Shown: positions 58,771-64,000 of the stretch, in pieces
Layout of the letters: the number at the start of each line of letters is the position of its first letter
How positions within the stretch are numbered: position 1 is the first letter of the stretch
Virus record (IMG/VR): IMGVR_UViG_3300032116_015770
Strand: one strand, 5' to 3'
From: a virus
Length of the DNA stretch: 64,000 nucleotides
Made by a program: the position numbers and the translations under genes
The notes under the pieces: generated by a model
Seen by the model: only the letters and a program-made list of their open reading frames with translations
The model's database searches: none
Told to the model about the DNA's origin: nothing

Positions 58771-59748
58771 ATGTCACATGAAATTGAGATCGTCGACGGT
58801 GTTGCTAATATGGCTTATGCAGGTGAAGTGCCTTGGCATGGTCTTGGTAAGCGAGTACCACATGATGTAACACCTGAGCAGATGTTGAAGGCTGCTAATC
58901 TGGATTGGACGGTAGAGAAACGTAGCATGTTCTTCACTGACCGTAACGGTTCTCCTGTTCTTACTAAAGCACAAGCACTGATCCGTTCAACCGATGAAAA
59001 AGTTCTTACGGTTGTAACTGAGAAATGGAATCCAGTTCAGAATCAAGAAGCGTTCGAGTTTTTCAACGACTTCGTAAGTGCTGGTGATATGGAGATGCAT
59101 ACGGCTGGTTCCTTGAAGGGTGGTACTATTGTATGGGGAATGGCTCAAATCAAAGACAGCTTCGAGCTGTTCGGTGGAGATAAGGTTGAAGGATTCCTTC
59201 TATTTTCAAATCCTCATATTTTCGGTCGTTCTATCGACATTAGATTTACACCCGTACGTGTGGTTTGTAATAACACTCTTACCATGGCTCTTAATTCTAC
59301 CTCTGATACAAGGGTTACCGTCAACCACAGAAACGTATTTAACGGAGACCGAGTTAAGGAAACCTTGGGTATTGCGAAGGAGAAACTGGCCTTCTACAAA
59401 GAGCAGGCATCGTTCCTGGGTAAGAAAAAGTACAATGGGGAGACGATCATCGAGTATTTTAATCGTGTGTTCCCGTCAATGAGTAAGGATCAAGTTACTA
59501 GTGACGACATGCGTAAAGCACCTATCTCGCGTCAAGCAGAAGATGCTATGGATTACTTGCATACTCAACCGGGTGCTAACTTTGCCGAAGGCTCCTGGTG
59601 GCAGGCATTTAATACAGTAACGTATATGACTGACCACGTTCTAGGTCGCTCGGCTGATACACGTCTTACTTCAGCCTGGTATGGTCAGAATAGAATCAAG
59701 AAAGAAAAAGCTCTAAACCTGGCAGTAGAATATGCTGAGGTAGCATAA
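58771..59748 (+). CDS. DUF932 family protein
   Basis: PWHGLG, TAGSL..G, TPVRVVCNNTL, NTVTY..DH motifs. Confidence 0.85.
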   Translation: MSHEIEIVDGVANMAYAGEVPWHGLGKRVPHDVTPEQMLKAANLDWTVEKRSMFFTDRNGSPVLTKAQALIRSTDEKVLTVVTEKWNPVQNQEAFEFFNDFVSAGDMEMHTAGSLKGGTIVWGMAQIKDSFELFGGDKVEGFLLFSNPHIFGRSIDIRFTPVRVVCNNTLTMALNSTSDTRVTVNHRNVFNGDRVKETLGIAKEKLAFYKEQASFLGKKKYNGETIIEYFNRVFPSMSKDQVTSDDMRKAPISRQAEDAMDYLHTQPGANFAEGSWWQAFNTVTYMTDHVLGRSADTRLTSAWYGQNRIKKEKALNLAVEYAEVA

Positions 59749-59758
59749 ATAAAATGTA

Positions 59759-59782
59759 GTTACGGGGCCTAGGCCCCGTAAC
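59759..59782. repeat. Perfect 24-bp palindrome (hairpin, possibly a terminator)
   Basis: GTTACGGGGCCT-AGGCCCCGTAAC. Confidence 0.85.
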
Positions 59783-59784
59783 AG

Positions 59785-59813
59785 TTGCAAGTAACTCACT
59801 TATGGTATACAAT
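59785..59813 (+). promoter_or_regulatory. Sigma70-type promoter of the tRNA-array leader
   Basis: TTGCAA-N17-TACAAT. Confidence 0.72.
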
Positions 59814-59821
59814 ATAGTTCT

Positions 59822-59941
59822 ATGTTAAGCAAATCATCAACACTACAGCATTTTATTAGAGTAAATAATAGTTTACTCGGGTATTGCTTTGGTTCGATCG
59901 ATCGCAATACATGGGAGCCAGAGGAGTCGAGGGACGTGTAA
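59822..59941 (+). CDS. Putative leader peptide (39 aa) of the tRNA-array attenuator
   Basis: MLSKSSTLQHFIRVNNSLLGYCFGSIDRNTWEPEESRDV*; ATG about at the predicted +1; no SD. Confidence 0.6.
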   Translation: MLSKSSTLQHFIRVNNSLLGYCFGSIDRNTWEPEESRDV

Positions 59942-59974
59942 CTAGTACTACAAATACACCAAACCCTCGGCTCC
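59923..59974 (+). promoter_or_regulatory. Antiterminator hairpin
   Basis: GGAGTCGAGGG (59923-33) pairs with CCCTCGGCTCC (59964-74); inner GTGTA/TACAC stem. Confidence 0.7.
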
Positions 59975-59995
59975 AAAAGACCCGAGGGTTTTTTT
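59961..59995 (+). terminator. Intrinsic terminator (attenuator)
   Basis: AAACCCTCGG/CCGAGGGTTT stem and a run of 7 Ts. Confidence 0.85.
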
Positions 59996-60013
59996 ATGTA
60001 ACACACAACGCTG

Positions 60014-60042
60014 TTGCATTTACTTGAGTAGTATAATATAAT
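60014..60042 (+). promoter_or_regulatory. Second sigma70-type promoter directly before the tRNA array
   Basis: TTGCAT-N17-TATAAT. Confidence 0.65.
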
Positions 60043-60064
60043 CTTTAAAAATTTGCGTACCTTA

Positions 60065-60140
60065 CCTTCCTTAGCTCAATTGGGAGAGCGTTCGCTTGAT
60101 AAGCGAAAGGTACCTGGATCGAAACCAGGAGGAAGGACCA
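60065..60140 (+). tRNA. tRNA-Ile(GAT)
   Basis: Cloverleaf, encoded CCA; T-loop ATCGAAA. Confidence 0.9.
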
Positions 60141-60142
60141 GT

Positions 60143-60217
60143 GCACCGTTCGTCTATCGGTTAGGACATTGCCCTTTCACGGCAGTAAGAGGAGTTCGAT
60201 TCTCCTACGGTGTGCCA
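60143..60217 (+). tRNA. tRNA-Glu(TTC)
   Basis: Cloverleaf, CCA. Confidence 0.92.
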
Positions 60218-60220
60218 TTC

Positions 60221-60332
60221 AATATGCTAGTTGTAAGCCATGGGTTCGATCAAACCTGAGTAACTATGTACACAAACGGTAAAGCCGGCCGGACACTCCG
60301 TTGAGCATAGCAAATAGTGCAGCTGGCATATT
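60221..60332 (+). ncRNA. Unassigned structured RNA within the tRNA array
   Basis: 15-bp closing stem with G-U pairs and nested helices. Confidence 0.55.
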
Positions 60333-60336
60333 TAAT

Positions 60337-60414
60337 GGTATGGTGCTAGAGTGGTCCAATAGAACGGTCTGCAAAACCGTAAAGTCGTCGGTTCAAATCC
60401 GACCCATACCTCCA
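60337..60414 (+). tRNA. tRNA-Cys(GCA)
   Basis: Cloverleaf, U73, CCA. Confidence 0.9.
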
Positions 60415-60415
60415 A

Positions 60416-60492
60416 GGGCCGGAAGCTTAATTGGTATAAGCGTCCGACTCATAATCGGGGGACAGTGAGTTCGAGTCTCACCCGGCCCACCA
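60416..60492 (+). tRNA. tRNA-CAT, probably Ile2 (lysidine)
   Basis: GACTCATAATC anticodon arm typical of Ile2. Confidence 0.8.
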
Positions 60493-60496
60493 ATAC

Positions 60497-60573
60497 GGCT
60501 CGTTAGCTCAGTTGGTTAGAGCGCATGCCTGTCACGCATGAGGTCACCGGTTCGAGCCCGGTACGAGTCGCCA
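60497..60573 (+). tRNA. tRNA-Asp(GTC)
   Basis: Cloverleaf, G73, CCA. Confidence 0.93.
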
Positions 60574-60583
60574 AAGGATTTTT

Positions 60584-60832
60584 ATGGACTATGTTGTAAC
60601 TTTTTTTGCTATATTTTTTCTTGATATTGTTAATGCTTGGTATATTAAAGCTATTAGTGATGAAAGACCTTTTATGGCTAGTGTATGGGCTGTAGTAGTA
60701 ACCTTAGCTTCAAGTGTTGCTATTATTAGCTATACAAGAGATAATACTATGGTTATACCTGCTCTTGCAGGAGCATTTGTTGGAACCTATGTTGGTATAG
60801 TAATAAGAAAACGTAAGATTATTGCCGAGTAG
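60584..60832 (+). CDS. Small multi-TM membrane protein
   Basis: Three hydrophobic segments; stop codon lies inside tRNA-Asn. Confidence 0.65.
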   Translation: MDYVVTFFAIFFLDIVNAWYIKAISDERPFMASVWAVVVTLASSVAIISYTRDNTMVIPALAGAFVGTYVGIVIRKRKIIAE

Positions 60833-60898
60833 CTCAGTGGTAGTAGCAGTTGACTGTTAATCAATTGGTCGTAGGTTCGATCCCTACCTCGGCAGCCA
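60823..60898 (+). tRNA. tRNA-Asn(GTT)
   Basis: Cloverleaf, CCA. Confidence 0.92.
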
Positions 60899-60905
60899 GT
60901 TGTAA

Positions 60906-60990
60906 GGGTGGCGAGCAGCATTGGTGACTGCAGCGGACTGTAAATCCGTCGCCTACGGCACACGGGGTTCGATTCCCTGGCCACCCACCA
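60906..60990 (+). tRNA. tRNA-Tyr(GTA)
   Basis: Long variable arm, CCA. Confidence 0.92.
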
Positions 60991-60997
60991 GTAGTAA

Positions 60998-61072
60998 GCG
61001 TCGTTAGTTCAGAGGTAGAACGCTGTCTTTACACGGCAGTTGTCGGTGGTTCGATTCCATCACGACGCACCA
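60998..61072 (+). tRNA. tRNA-Val(TAC)
   Basis: Cloverleaf, CCA. Confidence 0.92.
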
Positions 61073-61073
61073 A

Positions 61074-61149
61074 GGGGGTATAGCTCAGCTGGGAGAGCAG
61101 TAGCTTTGCAAGCTAAAGGTCATCGGTTCAATCCCGTTTACCTCCACCA
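61074..61149 (+). tRNA. tRNA-Ala(TGC)
   Basis: G3-U70 pair, CCA. Confidence 0.92.
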
Positions 61150-61152
61150 TAT

Positions 61153-61229
61153 CCGAGTTTAGCGCAGCCCGGTAGCGCATCTGCTTTGGGAGCAGAGGGT
61201 CGGGAGTTCAAATCTCTCAACTCGGACCA
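61153..61229 (+). tRNA. tRNA-Pro(TGG)
   Basis: Cloverleaf, CCA. Confidence 0.93.
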
Positions 61230-61231
61230 AT

Positions 61232-61305
61232 TGGGGTATGGTGAAATGGTATCACACAGGATTTTGATTCCCGTGTCCTAGGTTCGATTCCTAGTACCCC
61301 TGCCA
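61232..61305 (+). tRNA. tRNA-Gln(TTG)
   Basis: Cloverleaf, 1-72 mismatch, CCA. Confidence 0.88.
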
Positions 61306-61401
61306 CCTATAAGGAGAATAACAAATGGGGCAATGCTGGTTTGTATCTTTGTAGTAATATTTTTAATTTTTGTGCATAAGAATTTTTAAGGAGATCCTGT
61401 T

Positions 61402-61440
61402 ATGGATAGTGACAAGAGTGGTAAGGTGAAGGGAGTATAG
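61402..61440 (+). CDS. Putative 12-aa mini-ORF (MDSDKSGKVKGV) overlapping tRNA-Lys
   Basis: AAGGAG SD at 61388-93. Confidence 0.35.
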   Translation: MDSDKSGKVKGV

Positions 61441-61506
61441 TCAAACGGTTAAGACAGCGGACTTTTAATCCGTCAGGTCAGGGTTCGAGTCCCTGTGCTC
61501 CCACCA
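61431..61506 (+). tRNA. tRNA-Lys(TTT)
   Basis: Cloverleaf, CCA. Confidence 0.92.
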
Positions 61507-61581
61507 TATAAAAACACATTAGTTCTAAGGGTTGTTCCGAAGGTAATTATCTTCTATGAAGTCCTAGTGTGTTTCTATATG
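61505..61581 (+). ncRNA. Long hairpin element between tRNA-Lys and tRNA-His
   Basis: CATATAAAAACACATTAG / CTAGTGTGTTTCTATATG terminal inverted repeat. Confidence 0.45.
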
Positions 61582-61654
61582 TTGTTCCTAGTGTAGTGGT
61601 CGCACACCTGTCTGTGAAACAGGTAGAGAGGGTTCGATTCCCCGGTTCAACCCA
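61581..61654 (+). tRNA. tRNA-His(GTG), atypical
   Basis: G-1:C73; two U-U mismatches in the acceptor stem; bulged T-stem. Confidence 0.75.
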
Positions 61655-61656
61655 AT

Positions 61657-61732
61657 GCTACTTTAGCTGATGTGGTCATAGCGGCGGTCTGAAGAACCGT
61701 TGAACCAGGTTCGATTCCTGGAGGTAGCACCA
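61657..61732 (+). tRNA. tRNA-Phe(GAA)
   Basis: Cloverleaf, G37, CCA. Confidence 0.9.
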
Positions 61733-61741
61733 TAAGTAAAT

Positions 61742-61829
61742 GGAAGTGTGGTCGAGTGGTCTATGGCGCTAGTCTTGAAAACTAGAGGCTCGAAAGGGTC
61801 CGTGGGTTCGAATCCTACCACTTCCGCCA
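61742..61829 (+). tRNA. tRNA-Ser(TGA)
   Basis: Long variable arm, CCA. Confidence 0.93.
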
Positions 61830-61835
61830 TTACAA

Positions 61836-61926
61836 GGAGATATGGCTGAGAGGCTTAAGGCAGCGGTTTGCTAAACCGTCGATCATTTAAAATGATCCGT
61901 TGGTTCGAATCCAACTATCTCCGCCA
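61836..61926 (+). tRNA. tRNA-Ser(GCT)
   Basis: Long variable arm, CCA. Confidence 0.93.
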
Positions 61927-61927
61927 A

Positions 61928-62002
61928 GGTGATATGGCGTAGACGGATGCGCACAAGTTTCATAAGCTTAGGAGATTGGATCGTTACCAATTATCACCAC
62001 CA
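61928..62002 (+). tRNA. tRNA-Met(CAT), atypical T-loop
   Basis: Acceptor GGTGATA/TATCACC; T-loop ATCGTTA. Confidence 0.78.
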
Positions 62003-62011
62003 GGAGATACA

Positions 62012-62200
62012 ATGGATACTTTAATCGATGCTTTACCTTGGTTACTAGTCATACATTTATGGACTGACCCACCACCTAAGATGCAATTTGTTTATAAGAA
62101 AGAATATCCATCCTATCAACAATGTATGCAAGCAAGAGAAGAATGGATTAAGGTAAATAACCCACCACCTGATTTTAAGGTGTTATGTTTACTAAAATAG
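62012..62200 (+). CDS. Hypothetical protein
   Basis: GGAG SD; start refined to lie outside the tRNA. Confidence 0.55.
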   Translation: MDTLIDALPWLLVIHLWTDPPPKMQFVYKKEYPSYQQCMQAREEWIKVNNPPPDFKVLCLLK

Positions 62201-62283
62201 CGGATATGGTGTAATGGTAGCCACGCTGGTCTTAGAAGCCAGTGCCGTAAGGCGTGGGGGTTCAAGTCCCTCTATCCGCACCA
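62200..62283 (+). tRNA. tRNA-Leu(TAG)
   Basis: Long variable arm, CCA. Confidence 0.92.
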
Positions 62284-62292
62284 AGGATAATT

Positions 62293-62469
62293 ATGGAAGA
62301 TATAGTTTTAACTAAACAACAAATTTTTAATCTATTAAAAATATACGATCACTTTCGTAACTATGATGACTTTACGGTAACCTTAGGTCAAGAAGGTAAA
62401 GTGAGCGTTAGTTTTGATTCTAGAAAACTAGATCAAAAGATTGATAGAACATTTGTTCCAACCCTTTAA
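62293..62469 (+). CDS. Hypothetical protein
   Basis: AAGGA SD; start refined. Confidence 0.55.
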   Translation: MEDIVLTKQQIFNLLKIYDHFRNYDDFTVTLGQEGKVSVSFDSRKLDQKIDRTFVPTL

Positions 62470-62470
62470 C

Positions 62471-62545
62471 CTGGCGTTAGTATAATGGACAATACAGGAG
62501 ACTTCTAATCTCTAGATGGGGGTTCGATTCCCTCACGCCGGACCA
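62471..62545 (+). tRNA. tRNA-Arg(TCT)
   Basis: Cloverleaf, CCA. Confidence 0.92.
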
Positions 62546-62550
62546 ATTTT

Positions 62551-62627
62551 CCGCCCTTAGCTCAATGGACAAGAGCACTTGGCTACGGACCAAGAGGTTA
62601 GGAGTTCGACTCTTCTAGGGCGGTCCA
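62551..62627 (+). tRNA. tRNA-Arg(ACG)
   Basis: Cloverleaf, CCA. Confidence 0.92.
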
Positions 62628-62632
62628 AGACT

Positions 62633-63190
62633 ATGGAAAAAAATTTATCTTATTACATACGTAAGTATAAAGCCTTTGATGATAACAAGTGTGATGAAAT
62701 AGTTTATGAGTTATCTAATGTAGAGTGGTTACAACATAAATTCTATAACAGTGCTAGTAATACCTATGCAAGTTATGATAAAGAGCTTTCTATTTCTCAT
62801 GATAGTATCAGCTATACTAGTTATCTTGAGAGACAAATTAATAGAACGATGAGTTTGTATTTGGAGGATTTAAATTTTCCATGGTACTCTAGTTATAATC
62901 AATCTCGTCCTCTCAGATTTAACAGATATGAGAAAAATACTTTAATGAGAGAACACTGTGACCACATTCATGATATGTTTGATGGTACACGTAAAGGTAT
63001 ACCTGTTCTTTCTGCTGTAGGGTTATTGAATGATAATTTTAAGGGTGGTGATTTAATATTTTTTGGTGATACAAAAATAAAACTAGGTAAGGGGCAAGTC
63101 GTTATATTTCCTTCTAATTTTTTGTTTCCACATTTAGTAAGTGAAGTTACTGAAGGTGTCAGGTATACTGTAGTAACTTGGGCATGGTAA
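62633..63190 (+). CDS. 2OG-Fe(II) oxygenase
   Basis: HCD, LNDNFKGG, FPSNFLFPH.V..VTEG.RY motifs. Confidence 0.88.
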   Translation: MEKNLSYYIRKYKAFDDNKCDEIVYELSNVEWLQHKFYNSASNTYASYDKELSISHDSISYTSYLERQINRTMSLYLEDLNFPWYSSYNQSRPLRFNRYEKNTLMREHCDHIHDMFDGTRKGIPVLSAVGLLNDNFKGGDLIFFGDTKIKLGKGQVVIFPSNFLFPHLVSEVTEGVRYTVVTWAW

Positions 63191-63199
63191 GGAGAATGT

Positions 63200-63391
63200 A
63201 TGAGTGGTAAAGGAAGTAAACCCAGGCCGTATAGCGTTGATCAAGAAACGTTTATCAATAACTGGGATAGAATATTTGGAAATAAAAAAAGAGAAAAAGC
63301 TTTAGATGAAATGATGAGAATTAGTGATGAGATAGGTGCTTATGTAGATGAACCTATTGATAATCCTCTTATTAAAAAGATTCCGGAGTAG
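63200..63391 (+). CDS. Conserved small phage protein
   Basis: MSGKGSKPRP...NWDRIF; AAGGAG SD. Confidence 0.65.
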   Translation: MSGKGSKPRPYSVDQETFINNWDRIFGNKKREKALDEMMRISDEIGAYVDEPIDNPLIKKIPE

Positions 63392-63397
63392 TCAAAA

Positions 63398-63434
63398 GTC
63401 TCCAAATTATAAATAAATAAAATAGTTTGGAGAC
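63398..63434 (+). promoter_or_regulatory. RBS-sequestering hairpin containing a late promoter
   Basis: GTCTCCAAA/TTTGGAGAC stem covers the GGAG SD; TATAAATA at 63408-15. Confidence 0.75.
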
Positions 63435-63438
63435 GATT

Positions 63439-63852
63439 ATGAAACAATGTAACAGGTGTAACGAAGAAAAAGAAATAACTGAATTTTATAAAAATTCTAA
63501 ACGGGTTTATCCATATTGCAAAGCATGTGCTAGAAAAACATATGCTGAAACACATTATCAGAATAATAAAGAGTTATACTTGAAACGCACAGCTGGGCGT
63601 AATAAGATGTTACGTAAAAGCTGGATTGAATTTAAAAGTAAATTTAAATGTACTAAATGTAACGAAAATAGACATTGGTGTATAGATTTTCATCATGTCG
63701 ATAGCTCCTTAAAAGAAGGGTTAATACCTAAGTTTTTTAAAGAGCGTTCTCGTGAAGTATTTGAAAAAGAATTTAATAAGTGTATCCCATTATGTCGTAA
63801 TTGTCATGCGGATTTACACTACAATGAAAGACAAAATTCTATCTCGGTGTAG
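63439..63852 (+). CDS. HNH homing endonuclease
   Basis: C..C, C..C, C..C, DFHH...K, LCRNCH..LH motifs. Confidence 0.85.
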   Translation: MKQCNRCNEEKEITEFYKNSKRVYPYCKACARKTYAETHYQNNKELYLKRTAGRNKMLRKSWIEFKSKFKCTKCNENRHWCIDFHHVDSSLKEGLIPKFFKERSREVFEKEFNKCIPLCRNCHADLHYNERQNSISV

Positions 63853-63918
63853 CTCAATTGGCAGAGCAGTGGTCTCCAAAACCAAAGGTTTGCGGTTCAA
63901 CTCCGTACACCGAGGCCA
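63843..63918 (+). tRNA. tRNA-Trp(CCA)
   Basis: Cloverleaf, G73, CCA. Confidence 0.92.
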
Positions 63919-64000
63919 TCATAATGAGTAAGAGCAATAAGAAAGGTTAATATGAAAATTTACATTGGTAATTACTGGGTTCCTTTTCCGTCATCTGAGT

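Noticed and set aside
59800-60006. 68-aa minus-strand ORF across the attenuator
   Set aside because: No SD or promoter on that strand; the + strand promoter, leader ORF and terminator explain the region better.
60053-60259. ORF-track ORFs over the tRNA array (also 60787-60984 minus, and the 5' extensions at 61976, 62254 and 62579)
   Set aside because: They overlap clear tRNA cloverleafs; real starts were reassigned downstream.
1-64000. Stop-codon reassignment or suppressor tRNA
   Set aside because: Core genes are intact in the standard code and no CTA/TTA/TCA anticodon was found; Leu(TAG) is an ordinary anticodon.

Overview
A 64-kb segment of a T4-like (T4-superfamily) myophage genome, almost entirely + strand. 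The host is probably a Gram-negative bacterium, possibly a freshwater betaproteobacterium (inferred from the PstS, OprO/P porin and Rieske genes). Layout: (1) 1-22.6 kb, late virion module: multi-LamG protein, gp13-gp23, gp3, a glycosyltransferase, uvsY, uvsW and gp55, with TATAAATA late promoters. (2) 22.7-31.5 kb, a 7-deazaguanine DNA-modification cluster: queE, folE, a DpdA-like transglycosylase, a PurN/DpdN-like formyltransferase, a kinase, queF, queC, an amidotransferase, a dUTPase-fold protein, galE and queD. (3) gp47/gp46 and a phosphoribosyltransferase. (4) 36-59.7 kb, an accessory/early region with many sigma70 promoter cassettes, auxiliary metabolic genes and an iteron-like repeat cluster. 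(5) 60-64 kb, an array of 21 tRNAs with interspersed structured RNAs and an HNH endonuclease. The most striking observation lies just upstream of the tRNA array: a 39-codon, Shine-Dalgarno-less leader ORF that uses 19 of 20 amino acids and 30 different codons, followed by mutually exclusive antiterminator/terminator hairpins. This is the architecture of a ribosome-coupled attenuator that could switch on phage tRNA synthesis when almost any tRNA becomes limiting. All family calls come from motif recognition by eye; no database searches were run.
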